From positions 64,001 through 128,000 of the IMG/VR virus record IMGVR_UViG_3300028197_000003: a stretch of DNA of 64,000 nt; one strand, given 5' to 3'. The notes under the pieces are model-generated. The model did not search any database. It worked only from the letters and a program-made list of their open reading frames with translations, and had not been told where the DNA came from. The position numbers were made by a program, and so were the translations under genes. Source of the stretch: a virus. This document shows positions 27,841-38,001 of the stretch, piece by piece (positions within the stretch are counted from its first letter, which is position 1; the number at the start of each line of letters is the position of its first letter).

Positions 27841-28633
27841 CCGCCAAGGAAACCTAAAAGCAAAAACTGTCTCAGGTTTACTTCAAATGTACTCAGCATC
27901 TGCTGGGGATAAGGATGGACTTGGTACGTCAGGATCTAAAGCAGCATCGGTTGTAGCAAAAAGGACTACCGGTGATGGTGAAGACTATGGTAGGAAGGTA
28001 GCAACAGGGGGACCGTCATCTGCGGAACCCAATCCTAATTCCGCCAATGGACAAGCAAAAGCAGCACTCCAACAGGTCAGTCGGGATAACCCCCTTACAA
28101 TTGCCTTTGATAAGTTTGACTCTGACGAGGTAACTGCTAATATACTAGCCACAGTGGAAGAAATTTCCGGTGGCACTTACTACTATGTGTTTCCCAGTAG
28201 GGACACAAACATTCAAGAACTAAAAAATGCATATCCTGAGATTGGCGATGCCTTCGTTGATGACGCAAATGCAGAGACCATCTACGATGTCCTCTCCTCA
28301 CTCTATGAAAACGGTTTTGACGCGATTAGTATCGTTGTACGACAGTCAAGAGCAAAAGAAATCTCAGAGTTAGCACTCAAAGGGAACGGTCAACTATACA
28401 ACTATGTGATGCTAAACGTCATCCCTGTAGATGAACGTAGTGTTCGTGAACAGTATATTGCGGGTGATATTTTCCAGAACGGATCCTTTATTGAGTCTAA
28501 TGGAAAGACGGGGCAAGTGTTCCGTAGAGGTGCTAATCATCTGATCTGTATGGGTGAAGATAAGAAAATTTTTAGAGCATGGATTTCCGACTCTAAACAA
28601 GTAGATAAGTTTCTGTTACCCCAAGACTTTTGA
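27737..28633 (+). CDS. Degenerate cytidylyltransferase-like phage protein
   Basis: N-terminal ASQEAKRLGL.GDGHG.W and C-terminal RRGANHLIC...FRAWISD flanks of the cyanophage family; no HxGH motif. Confidence 0.65.
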   Translation: MKKFSTFITEARVTKASQEAKRLGLVGDGHGDWYDRQGNLKAKTVSGLLQMYSASAGDKDGLGTSGSKAASVVAKRTTGDGEDYGRKVATGGPSSAEPNPNSANGQAKAALQQVSRDNPLTIAFDKFDSDEVTANILATVEEISGGTYYYVFPSRDTNIQELKNAYPEIGDAFVDDANAETIYDVLSSLYENGFDAISIVVRQSRAKEISELALKGNGQLYNYVMLNVIPVDERSVREQYIAGDIFQNGSFIESNGKTGQVFRRGANHLICMGEDKKIFRAWISDSKQVDKFLLPQDF

Positions 28634-28671
28634 CACACTAAATAATTGAACGGTAAAATTACGTTCGTAAG

Positions 28672-30354
28672 ATGAGTAACCCTTGGGCACAGACGTATAA
28701 TGAATTGCGTCGTCCTTATCTTGAAGAGAAGAAGGCAAAGAAAGATCATGATGGTGACGGCAAAGTAGAAAGCGGTTCAAAAGAACACGCTGGTGCTGTT
28801 CACAATGCTATCCAACGTGCCAAGGGTGGTAAAGCGGATGGTCAGGACACTCGTAAAGAAGCATTCAGCATGGCTGCTGACCCTGAGAAACGGGCACTAC
28901 CTCGTCCTACTAGTAAGGCAGAGAATAAAAAAAGTATGAGCATGAGGTCTCGTGCTGTAAAGGCAGTGGGTACTCAGCGTCGCCAAGATAAGGAAGTTGG
29001 TATTTCTGGGAAGAAAAACCCAAGAGCACACGCTAAAGAAAGTGTCTGGGCTGGTAATTATCAAGGTCCTCTTTATGCTTCTTGGACTGCCGTCGAAGAA
29101 GGCAAGAAACAAATGCCTATGGTAAAGATGTACCGTAAGGCAGGTAATCTTGGACGTGATGGAAGTCCAGAGGCAATGGAACGTTCCAAGAAAATCACTG
29201 GTGTGATGAACGCTAACGCTGAAAGGCGTGCTGCTCATCGTGCAAAGGATGATGCTGCCAAGGATGCCAAGGCATCAAAGAAGATGAAAAAAGAAGAGGT
29301 TGAAGTAGAAGGTTACGTTCCTATGGATTCTGCAAAGAAGGAAAAGATTGGTCGTCAGTCTAATAAAGCTTATGCTAAGGAAGTTGTTGCTGCTCGTCAT
29401 GGTAAAGAAAAGGAGGCCAATAAGCAGATGCAACGTCGGATTGCAATGCAGGATCCTGCAGGACGTAAAGCATCACTAAAGAAAGAAGAAACTGCTATTG
29501 AAGAAGGCAGCATGTCAACAGCACGTAAAAACGTTGGTGCTTCTACTTGCTGGAAGGGTTACAAGGCAAAGGGAACCAAGAGCAAGGGTGGTCGTACTGT
29601 CCCCAATTGTGTCAAGGAACGTTCTGACTGGCGTGAAGAAATGGGGGATGACGGTTTTTTTTCCGAAGCCGCTAAGCGTCAAAATGATTTAGACATCAAG
29701 ACGAGCGGCGTCAAAAACAAAATTGAGATCAACCCTGAGATCAAAACTGAAGGTGTCGATAAGCGAAGAGCACCAGCAGAACTAGTTGCACGAATGAGTG
29801 CAAAAAGAGAAGGTGAGATGGCGCATGATGGTCCTAACAAACCAGCATCTGATGCTAAAGCACGGATCATGGCGAAGACTAAAAAAAAACGTGAGCAGGC
29901 AAAAGAAAACATCATGAAGGGTCCTCTTCTTCCTGGCGAAGGACGTAAGGTATTCCCTAAGGGTGCTGCACCTAAAGCGACTGGTGCAAAACTGCCTCTT
30001 CAAACGGCATCATATAATCCTATGCTTGACTCTGTAGAAGCACAAGCACTCCAGATGTTTGAGCGTACTCGTTACGCTAAAGAGAAAGGTACAGATTCTC
30101 AGACTGGTAAAGAGTCTAAGAGTGGTGGAACTATCAAACCTGGATCTGCTATGTCCAAGGTTCGTAAGAGTCTTGCTGGTCAAGGTCTAATGTCCTCTCG
30201 TGGCAAAGCGATCCAACCGCAAGGTAAAAAGAAGGATAAAGGTGCTAAAGGTTATCAAGGACAAACACCTGTAGATAAGATCAAGGGAAACCTTGCACGT
30301 AAGAGAGCACCAAAACCTAACCCATATAAACCACGTGCTGGGGAGTCTGATTGA
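28672..30354 (+). CDS. Lys/Glu-rich modular protein, probable internal head protein
   Basis: 560 aa of low-complexity basic modules; DHDGDGK and CWKGY...VPNCVKE motifs; CTAAATA upstream. Confidence 0.7.
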   Translation: MSNPWAQTYNELRRPYLEEKKAKKDHDGDGKVESGSKEHAGAVHNAIQRAKGGKADGQDTRKEAFSMAADPEKRALPRPTSKAENKKSMSMRSRAVKAVGTQRRQDKEVGISGKKNPRAHAKESVWAGNYQGPLYASWTAVEEGKKQMPMVKMYRKAGNLGRDGSPEAMERSKKITGVMNANAERRAAHRAKDDAAKDAKASKKMKKEEVEVEGYVPMDSAKKEKIGRQSNKAYAKEVVAARHGKEKEANKQMQRRIAMQDPAGRKASLKKEETAIEEGSMSTARKNVGASTCWKGYKAKGTKSKGGRTVPNCVKERSDWREEMGDDGFFSEAAKRQNDLDIKTSGVKNKIEINPEIKTEGVDKRRAPAELVARMSAKREGEMAHDGPNKPASDAKARIMAKTKKKREQAKENIMKGPLLPGEGRKVFPKGAAPKATGAKLPLQTASYNPMLDSVEAQALQMFERTRYAKEKGTDSQTGKESKSGGTIKPGSAMSKVRKSLAGQGLMSSRGKAIQPQGKKKDKGAKGYQGQTPVDKIKGNLARKRAPKPNPYKPRAGESD

Positions 30355-31316
30355 TGAAAAGTTTTAGAGATTTCTTTGAAGATGTAGAACTTACTGACGC
30401 ATATGGTGAGACTTTTGCTGTCATTCATGACGTAGTAAAAGTTGAACCATTGAAACGTGCTAGATTCCCGAACGCCCCATTCCGTGAGGACGATGTAAAT
30501 GAGGTAGAGGAAGGTGCTGCCATGACCCAACAGGGTAGGGCAGAACATATGGCACAGCGGATGTTGAACCAGGCAAAGGGTGCTGCTGTCAGATATGATG
30601 CTGCTAAACAAGCAGCAAAGACTGTGAAAACCACAAGTGGTAGTACGAAAACCCGTGTAATGGAGAAATTCAAAACTCAATATGGTAAGAAAGATAAGAT
30701 GGCTCAGTCTTCTGAAAGGAAGACTTTGGGTCGTCGTTCTTCTACTAAAGATGGGTCTAAGCCAACTGGTTACGAATCTCCAAAAGAATTTCGTGACAAG
30801 TCTATGCCTCTCCGTAAATTCCGTGACCGGTTTCAAAAAGAAGGTGTTATTACTGGTGCATTAGCAGGTGCTGCATTGGTTGGCGGTGTTGCTTCTATGA
30901 TGAATAATGCAAAGAAAGCTACAAGTAAAGATAATCATAGTGATAAATCAGTTGGTAAACCAACTCTTCAGGGTGTAGCATCTGGGATTAGAAATAGAAA
31001 TGCTGCTTTGAAAAAGGCAATGAACAATTCTTTTGATCCCATTTCGTCTGGTGTTTCTATTTTTCTTGAAGGAAGTGCCTGGACAAAAAAGTCCGGGAAG
31101 AATCAGGAAGGTGGTCTCAATGAAAAAGGACGCAAGTCTTATGAGAAAGCAAATCCTGGTTCTGACCTAAAAGCACCCACGAAAACTAAGGGAAATCCTC
31201 GTCGTTCTTCGTTCTGTGCACGCATGAAGGGAATGAAAAGCAAGTTGACTTCTAAGAAAACTGCATCTGATCCAGATAGCAGAATCAATAAGTCACTTCG
31301 TAAGTGGGATTGCTGA
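30354..31316 (+). CDS. Lys-rich modular protein, probable internal head protein
   Basis: C-terminal AWTKKSGKNQEGGLNEKGRKSY...SFCARM...SLRKWDC module. Confidence 0.7.
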   Translation: MKSFRDFFEDVELTDAYGETFAVIHDVVKVEPLKRARFPNAPFREDDVNEVEEGAAMTQQGRAEHMAQRMLNQAKGAAVRYDAAKQAAKTVKTTSGSTKTRVMEKFKTQYGKKDKMAQSSERKTLGRRSSTKDGSKPTGYESPKEFRDKSMPLRKFRDRFQKEGVITGALAGAALVGGVASMMNNAKKATSKDNHSDKSVGKPTLQGVASGIRNRNAALKKAMNNSFDPISSGVSIFLEGSAWTKKSGKNQEGGLNEKGRKSYEKANPGSDLKAPTKTKGNPRRSSFCARMKGMKSKLTSKKTASDPDSRINKSLRKWDC

Positions 31317-31345
31317 ATATATAGTGTGATGTTGCAATGTAACTG

Positions 31346-31546
31346 ATGGCTTTTTTACTTCCACTCGCATCCAAAATTCTGATGGATGCTGTCGCCAAGA
31401 TTCCCGAGAATGAGGAACTGGGCGAACTTATGATCAACGTTTGCGTCACCATTCTTCGCAAGGCGGTTTCAATGACTAAAACTGAGATGGATGACATCCT
31501 CCTCGAACAAGTTGTTGCTGCTATCAAAGTAAAGGACGACGCCTAA
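31346..31546 (+). CDS. Small hypothetical protein
   Basis: 66-aa ORF (T.MDD.LLEQV). Confidence 0.65.
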   Translation: MAFLLPLASKILMDAVAKIPENEELGELMINVCVTILRKAVSMTKTEMDDILLEQVVAAIKVKDDA

Positions 31547-31581
31547 CCTAAATATCTAAACGACTAACCTACGAGAAACAC

Positions 31582-32148
31582 ATGGCACTTTGGGGAGCAT
31601 CTGACGCAGACGAATCTAAACCCAAGAATCTGACTGCTGCCGAAAAGAAAGAAGTTTATGCTGCCGAAGCAGGTTGGGTCCTCCGTGGCGGGTCTACTCT
31701 CACCGGTTGTGACAATACCAATGCTACACCTGAAGTGCTGGTCGCTATTAGCGGTCTAGCAGTTTCTATTGGTGCTGCTGATATTACTGACATCAGACTG
31801 ATTACTTCATCCTTCAGCAAAGCTGCTGGTGGTACATTGTCTGTTCGCGTTTCGTTCAACGAAGAAGTGGATGTTACTGGCACCCCTCAACTCGAAGTTG
31901 TCAACGATACCAATAGCAACCACACCCTTTCCTATCTCTCAGGTACGGGCACCTATCGTCTCCTGTTTACGCTCGCCATTGCTGCTAACAATGCCGCAAC
32001 TGATGCAGATGACGTTCTGTCCATCGGTGCTAATGCTGTTTCCTTGAATGGTGGCACGATCAAGGACAAAGGTACGAGCACTGTCTCTACTATCACAAAC
32101 TCCGGCGCAATTGGTACTGCAGCAGGATCAATTACTGTAGTTGCATAA
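31582..32148 (+). CDS. Probable virion structural protein (beta-rich)
   Basis: MALWG..D start; Ala/Thr/Ser/Gly-rich; late promoter CTAAATA upstream. Confidence 0.7.
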   Translation: MALWGASDADESKPKNLTAAEKKEVYAAEAGWVLRGGSTLTGCDNTNATPEVLVAISGLAVSIGAADITDIRLITSSFSKAAGGTLSVRVSFNEEVDVTGTPQLEVVNDTNSNHTLSYLSGTGTYRLLFTLAIAANNAATDADDVLSIGANAVSLNGGTIKDKGTSTVSTITNSGAIGTAAGSITVVA

Positions 32149-32155
32149 TTTCTAA

Positions 32156-32536
32156 ATGCGATTTGATGAACTAAATGATGACAATTATTTGCTCTTCGCT
32201 ATAAAATATTACGAAAATCCTCTTGCGGCAACAATGGAGGATTTTCAAAATGATATGAGGCGGTTCAAATATATCAAAAGATTATTCAAAAAATATATGA
32301 TTCAAGGAGGTGAACTAAAGTATCATCTAATTCTAAATCATCTTATTATTTGTTTCAATATCTTTGATGAAGGCGCTGTTCCTTTATTATTCTATAAGAT
32401 AGATCGAGAGTATTGGTCAATGCTCAAAACATTTCTTATATTCTTGAATAGGATTCCAGAATACCCAAAATCTGGACTAGATGATCTACAAATTGATAAT
32501 GAAGTATACTCTATACTAAATTCAATTGATGGATGA
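32156..32536 (+). CDS. Conserved T4-like cyanophage hypothetical protein
   Basis: MRFDELN..NY..FAIKYY.NP, HLILNHLI...N.F. Confidence 0.8.
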   Translation: MRFDELNDDNYLLFAIKYYENPLAATMEDFQNDMRRFKYIKRLFKKYMIQGGELKYHLILNHLIICFNIFDEGAVPLLFYKIDREYWSMLKTFLIFLNRIPEYPKSGLDDLQIDNEVYSILNSIDG

Positions 32537-32711
32537 CGCCAAGTTTCAAAGAATTCTAAATATTCTCAGAGAAGATGTACCCACGAATAGTATTTCGGGG
32601 GGAAAAATTGCAGGTTCTCAAGAAGCTGGTGACGATCCTCCGGTACGGAGGAAAAAAAAGAAATACGCTTACTTAGGACCACGTTCACGTAAAACTTGGA
32701 TGCCAAAGTGA
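32526..32711 (+). CDS. Small hypothetical protein
   Basis: LREDVPTNS..GG.IAG...AGDDPPV. Confidence 0.65.
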   Translation: MMDDAKFQRILNILREDVPTNSISGGKIAGSQEAGDDPPVRRKKKKYAYLGPRSRKTWMPK

Positions 32712-33088
32712 ATTCTGATCAAGTCAATAGCGCCATTCTAGAACGGTTAGAAAAAATCGTTATGTCTTTGCAGGATAATTCTGTAAAGATGGGCCAGTTA
32801 CTTGCTGTTCATAATGAAAAACTTTCAAAACAGGATGAGATTGATTCTGTTTTGTTCTATAAGATTGACGAGCTCCGTTCAATGACGATGGAGGAGACTA
32901 CTAAGATCAAAAATGGATGTGAACGTGACATTCGTCTGGTTGATCTGCGTCTTCGGTCAATTGAGAAGAAAATGTGGAGCATTGCTGGTGCTCTTACGAT
33001 CATTAGCATATGCGTTTCTCCTATTGGAGTAAGAATGTTTTCTCTATTGACACCTCAGTCCACTAGTGCTATGGTGACAGCGAAGTAA
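32696..33088 (+). CDS. Coiled-coil protein with C-terminal TM segment
   Basis: LAVHNEKL; C-terminal WSIAGALTIISI. Confidence 0.7.
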   Translation: MDAKVNSDQVNSAILERLEKIVMSLQDNSVKMGQLLAVHNEKLSKQDEIDSVLFYKIDELRSMTMEETTKIKNGCERDIRLVDLRLRSIEKKMWSIAGALTIISICVSPIGVRMFSLLTPQSTSAMVTAK

Positions 33089-33099
33089 GACACGGTAAC

Positions 33100-34071
33100 G
33101 TGCTCCACATTGATGCCAAATACATTGGCTTGGTATCAGCTCGTCTCGACAAGTTCAAACGTGTAAAGGATCATCTATACACGTTTCGGTGTCCTTATTG
33201 TGGGGACTCCAAGAAGAACAAGAATAAGACACGAGGATACTTATACCAAGTAAAGACTGACTACAACTTCAAGTGCCATAACTGTGGTGAGTCAAGGTCT
33301 TTTACATATTTCCTGAAAGACAGGGACCGTCAACTGTACGATCAGTACATTCTTGAGCGATATAAAGAAGGGATCACTGGTATTGGATCAGTTGCTCCTA
33401 ACTTTGTGTATACAGGTAAAAAACCAGTCTTCAAAACGAAGATGGACTTACCTAGAGCAACTGAAAATGTAGATTCTGCAAGGTATTTGACCAAACGTGG
33501 TCTAGATCCAAAGGATTATTTCTACGCTGAGAAGTTTCAGAGGTTCTGCAACACATACAAACCTACGTATGACAACATCACACGTGATCATGCACGTATT
33601 GTCATACCAATGTACAGTAAGAGTAAAAAACTAATCGGGTTTCAGGGGAGGGCGTTGGACAATTATGTGCAACCTAAATATCTCACCATGATGCTTGATG
33701 AGGAACATCCAAAGATCTACGGGTTAGATAAAATTGACAAAGAAGAGACCGTTTACGTCGCAGAAGGACCATTCGACTCCACTTTCCTTGGGAACTCTAT
33801 CGCTATGTGTGGTAGCGATGTTGACCTTGGCACTATGGATTATAAGTTCGTGTTCGTCTATGACAACGAACCCCGTTCCAGGGAGATCGTCTCTAAAATT
33901 GCTAAGACCATCGCAAAGTCATATCCGGTAGTTATTTTTCCATCATCAGTTCATGAAAAGGACTTGAATGACATGCATCTTGCTGGACATGATGTCCAAA
34001 ATCTGATAGAATCTAATACCTACAAGGGATTAGAGGCGACATTGAAACTTCAAACGTGGAAACGGGTATGA
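33100..34071 (+). CDS. gp61: DNA primase
   Basis: Zn finger CPYCGDS...CHNC, GFQGRAL, TOPRIM EGPFDS, YDNEPR, KDLND; GTG start. Confidence 0.96.
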   Translation: MLHIDAKYIGLVSARLDKFKRVKDHLYTFRCPYCGDSKKNKNKTRGYLYQVKTDYNFKCHNCGESRSFTYFLKDRDRQLYDQYILERYKEGITGIGSVAPNFVYTGKKPVFKTKMDLPRATENVDSARYLTKRGLDPKDYFYAEKFQRFCNTYKPTYDNITRDHARIVIPMYSKSKKLIGFQGRALDNYVQPKYLTMMLDEEHPKIYGLDKIDKEETVYVAEGPFDSTFLGNSIAMCGSDVDLGTMDYKFVFVYDNEPRSREIVSKIAKTIAKSYPVVIFPSSVHEKDLNDMHLAGHDVQNLIESNTYKGLEATLKLQTWKRV

Positions 34072-36362
34072 GCAACGGCACCAAGGTAGTAAAGCGTAAC
34101 GGTTCTATTGAACCTCTAGACCTTGATAAGATGCATTTGATGGTAGAGAAGGCATGCGAGGGACTCGCTGGCGTATCTGCCTCACAGGTTGAAATCCAAT
34201 CAGGTATCCAGTTCTTTGATGGTATCAGCACTGCTGAAATCCAAGAGATTTTGATCAAATCTGCTTCAGATCTTATTTCTCTGGAAGTTCCTAACTATCA
34301 GTTTGTTGCTGCTCGTCTGCTTCTGTTTTCAATCCGTAAACAACTTTACGGTTTGATTGACGACATGCCTCCTATGCATGAACATATTTCTAAGTGTATT
34401 GGACTAAGTGTTTATGATACAAGCATCATAGATAAGTATAGTGACAAAGATATTGCCACACTTGATACTTATATTGATCATGACCGTGACTATCTGTTTA
34501 CTTTTGCCGGTCTCCGTCAAGTAGTTGATAAGTATCTGGTCCAAGATCGTAGTAACGGAGAAGTCTTTGAGACTCCTCAGCAAATGTACATGATGATTTC
34601 GGCAACTTTGTTTGCTAATTATCCACAAGAAACTCGTCTGTCATATGTCAAAAGATACTACGACGCAATCAGCAGACACAAGATCAACATCCCAACGCCC
34701 ATCATGGCAGGTGTCAGAACACCCCTGCGACAATTTGCTTCTTGCGTTCTTGTTGATGTTGCTGACACCCTCGACAGTATCTTTAGCTCTGATATGGCTG
34801 TTGGCAAATACGTTGCACAACGGGCGGGTATCGGCATCAACGCAGGTGCAATCCGTGGCATCAACGCTAAAATCAGAGGCGGAGAGGTTCAACACACAGG
34901 TGTTATCCCCTTCCTCAAAAAGTTTGAATCAACTGTTCGATGCTGTACACAAAACGGTGTACGAGGTGGGTCAGCAACTGTCCACTTTCCAATCTGGCAT
35001 CAAGAGATAGAGGACATCATTGTTCTCAAGAACAACAAAGGCACAGAAGACAATCGGGTACGTAAACTTGACTACTCAATTCAATTCAGCAAAATTTTCT
35101 ACGAGCGTTTCATCCAGAATGGAGAAATTAGCTTATTCTCACCGCATGATGTACCAGGTCTGTATGATTCCTTTGGTACTGATAGGTTCGATGATTTATA
35201 TGTGGAGTTTGAACGAGATGAGTCTGTTCCAAGAAAGACTATCGGAGCACAAGATCTAATCCTTACAATCCTGAAGGAGAGGGCAGAGACTGGTCGTATT
35301 TACATCATGAATATCGACCATTGTAATACTCATTCTTCGTTTACTGATAGGGTATCGATGAGCAACCTGTGTCAAGAGATTACTCTCCCCACAGACCCTA
35401 TTGAGCACATCGATGGAGCGGGTGAAATTGCTCTTTGTATCCTGTCTGCTATCAACGTGGGTACGGTGCGATCTGACACTGAACTGGAAGACTATTGTGA
35501 GTTGACTGTTCGTGCTTTAGATGAATTGATTGAGTATCAAGAGTATCCTGTCAAAGCAGCAGAAATTAGCACAAAAGCACGTCGCTCACTGGGAATTGGG
35601 TTCATTGGTCTGGCACACTATCTTGCCAGACTTGGATACAGTTATGATAGTCAAGAGGCATGGGAAGCAGTCCATCAACTGACGGAATCATTCCAGTATT
35701 ATCTCCTCAAAGCGTCTAATAAATTGGCAGAAGAGAAAGGTGCATGTGAATACTTCTCTCGGACTAAATATTCTCACGGTCAACTACCAATAGATCATTA
35801 CAAGCGTGATGTTGACGAGATTACAACTGCTGAATTGCAACATGATTGGGATAGTCTTAGGGTATCTATCTCGAAGTATGGATTACGGCACTCAACACTG
35901 TCCGCACAAATGCCTTCGGAGAGCAGTTCCGTTGTGTCAAATGCCACCAACGGAATTGAGCCCCCGCGTGATTGTTTGTCCATCAAGAAAAGTAAAAAGG
36001 GGCCTCTCAAGCAGGTTGTTCCCCAGTATCAACGCTTGAAGAATCAGTACACTCTTCTCTGGGAAATGAAAGGTAACCGAGGTTACATCAATGTGGTTTC
36101 TGTTATGCAGAAATTCTTTGATCAGGCAATCTCTGGTAACTGGTCTTATAATCCCAGTGACTATGACAACAACGAAGTACCGGTGTCTGTCATGGCAAAT
36201 GATCTTCTAACCACATACAAGTATGGTTGGAAAACTTCTTATTATCAAAATACAAATGACCTCAAGTCGGACGAGATGGAAGAACCGGCAGTAGATCTTG
36301 CAAGTTTAGTTGCTGCGATCCAAACTGAAGACGAAGAAACCTGTGAATCCTGTGCAATTTAG
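34068..36362 (+). CDS. nrdA: Ribonucleotide reductase class Ia alpha subunit
   Basis: ATP cone, PTP.MAG, SSC-type site ASCVL, SNLCQEI, MPSESSS, C-terminal CESCAI. Confidence 0.98.
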   Translation: MSNGTKVVKRNGSIEPLDLDKMHLMVEKACEGLAGVSASQVEIQSGIQFFDGISTAEIQEILIKSASDLISLEVPNYQFVAARLLLFSIRKQLYGLIDDMPPMHEHISKCIGLSVYDTSIIDKYSDKDIATLDTYIDHDRDYLFTFAGLRQVVDKYLVQDRSNGEVFETPQQMYMMISATLFANYPQETRLSYVKRYYDAISRHKINIPTPIMAGVRTPLRQFASCVLVDVADTLDSIFSSDMAVGKYVAQRAGIGINAGAIRGINAKIRGGEVQHTGVIPFLKKFESTVRCCTQNGVRGGSATVHFPIWHQEIEDIIVLKNNKGTEDNRVRKLDYSIQFSKIFYERFIQNGEISLFSPHDVPGLYDSFGTDRFDDLYVEFERDESVPRKTIGAQDLILTILKERAETGRIYIMNIDHCNTHSSFTDRVSMSNLCQEITLPTDPIEHIDGAGEIALCILSAINVGTVRSDTELEDYCELTVRALDELIEYQEYPVKAAEISTKARRSLGIGFIGLAHYLARLGYSYDSQEAWEAVHQLTESFQYYLLKASNKLAEEKGACEYFSRTKYSHGQLPIDHYKRDVDEITTAELQHDWDSLRVSISKYGLRHSTLSAQMPSESSSVVSNATNGIEPPRDCLSIKKSKKGPLKQVVPQYQRLKNQYTLLWEMKGNRGYINVVSVMQKFFDQAISGNWSYNPSDYDNNEVPVSVMANDLLTTYKYGWKTSYYQNTNDLKSDEMEEPAVDLASLVAAIQTEDEETCESCAI

Positions 36363-36384
36363 AAAAACTTCCGCCGACAAGAGT

Positions 36385-37530
36385 ATGTCTGTCAAAGGCA
36401 TGACTGTGTTCAATGATACTTACGTGGACACTAAGACTCAACCAATGTTTTTTGGGGCACCTCTGGGTGTTCAACGATACGACTCATACAAGTATCCAGT
36501 CTTTGAAAAGCTGACCAATCAGATGCTTGGATACTTCTGGCGTCCTGAAGAGGTGTCCCTTCAGAAGGACCGTGGAGACTATAAGACTCTGCGTCCTGAG
36601 CAGAAGCACATCTTCACATCTAACCTGAAGTATCAGATCCTTCTGGACTCTGTGCAGGGTCGTGGTCCTGGTATGGCATTCTCTCCATACTGTGCTCTTC
36701 CTGAGTTGGAAGGTGCTATGAATGTGTGGCAGTTTATGGAGATGATCCACTCACGTTCTTACACTTACATCATCAAGAACATCTACCCAGATCCTGCTGA
36801 GGTCTTTGATACTATTCTGGATGACCAACGTATCCTGGCACGTGCTAAGAGTGTCACTAAAGCGTATGATGACTTCCTAGAAGTAGCAAATGAGTGGGGT
36901 GCTGGTAACATGTGGACAGCAGACTATGCTGATTCACCTACTGCTATCTACACTCGTAAGGAACTGAAGCGTCGTTTGTATCTGGCAATACAAAACGTCA
37001 ATATCCTTGAGGGTATTCGTTTCTATGTGTCTTTTGCTTGTTCATTTGCTTTTGGTGAACTGAAACTGATGGAAGGATCTGCCAAGATTATTTCTTTGAT
37101 TGCACGTGATGAGAACCAGCACACTGTACTGACTCAACAAATTATCAAGGCATGGCAGAAGGGTGATGATCCTGAGATGCTAGACATCATCAAAGAAGAA
37201 GAGCAAACCGTCACTGATATGTTTTCTAATGCAGTGGAAGAAGAGAAGGAGTGGGCACAGTATCTGTTCAAGGATGGCAGCATGATTGGTCTCAACGACA
37301 AACTCCTCGTCAAGTATGTGGAGTGGATCGCTAATAAGCGTATGCGTGCGATTGGTTTGAAACCCCTATACGACGCTCCAATCCATTCTAATCCTCTTCC
37401 TTGGACTGAGCACTGGATCTCTTCTAAGGGTCTTCAGGTCGCCCCACAGGAGACGGAGGTGGAGTCTTATGTCGTGGGGGGTATCAAGCAAGATGTTCAG
37501 AAAGATTCATTCAGTGGATTCCAACTCTAA
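36385..37530 (+). CDS. nrdB: Ribonucleotide reductase beta subunit
   Basis: FWRPEEV, E.IHSRSY, ILEGIRFY, RDENQH, APQETE..SY. Confidence 0.97.
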   Translation: MSVKGMTVFNDTYVDTKTQPMFFGAPLGVQRYDSYKYPVFEKLTNQMLGYFWRPEEVSLQKDRGDYKTLRPEQKHIFTSNLKYQILLDSVQGRGPGMAFSPYCALPELEGAMNVWQFMEMIHSRSYTYIIKNIYPDPAEVFDTILDDQRILARAKSVTKAYDDFLEVANEWGAGNMWTADYADSPTAIYTRKELKRRLYLAIQNVNILEGIRFYVSFACSFAFGELKLMEGSAKIISLIARDENQHTVLTQQIIKAWQKGDDPEMLDIIKEEEQTVTDMFSNAVEEEKEWAQYLFKDGSMIGLNDKLLVKYVEWIANKRMRAIGLKPLYDAPIHSNPLPWTEHWISSKGLQVAPQETEVESYVVGGIKQDVQKDSFSGFQL

Positions 37531-37533
37531 CTG

Positions 37534-38001
37534 ATGAAACGGGTGCAACTAACAACTAACTTTTATAAAAGAGTTCAAGGTTATTGGTCCCTAGATCTTG
37601 CTACATGTCATAAAGAAGCATTTGAGATGCTGAATGACATAGACAGTCCACTATTGTTGGAACTATACGCTTACTCTAATGATCATTATGTTGCTAAGAA
37701 TTGGAGTGGTAAAACTCTAGGTGAATGGTGGTGGGATAATCGATCACCTGAGTGGGCATATAAGTTTATGAATGATATGCATAATCTTTACTATGAATTT
37801 AGTAAGAGAACCTTAGTTCAGGATGGAGTGACTTATAGATTGTCTTATGTTGATATGCACCCTGGGAATGTTTTAGTAAACCAGCATGGTGTCCCAAAGG
37901 TTATTGATTATGATTCTATAGGTTGGGTCCGAGAAAAAAATATTACATATTATCAGGCAAAAGCTACATATGCTATATCACACTTCCTAGAATTAGAATG
38001 A
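37534..38001 (+). CDS. Minimal protein-kinase-like phosphotransferase
   Basis: VDMHPGNV catalytic loop and VIDYD metal-binding motif. Confidence 0.65.
   Translation: MKRVQLTTNFYKRVQGYWSLDLATCHKEAFEMLNDIDSPLLLELYAYSNDHYVAKNWSGKTLGEWWWDNRSPEWAYKFMNDMHNLYYEFSKRTLVQDGVTYRLSYVDMHPGNVLVNQHGVPKVIDYDSIGWVREKNITYYQAKATYAISHFLELE

Noticed and set aside
19821-37530. Introns, inteins or homing endonucleases in gp43, gp41, nrdA, nrdB
   Set aside because: All are continuous, of normal length, and lack splicing or LAGLIDADG/HNH motifs.
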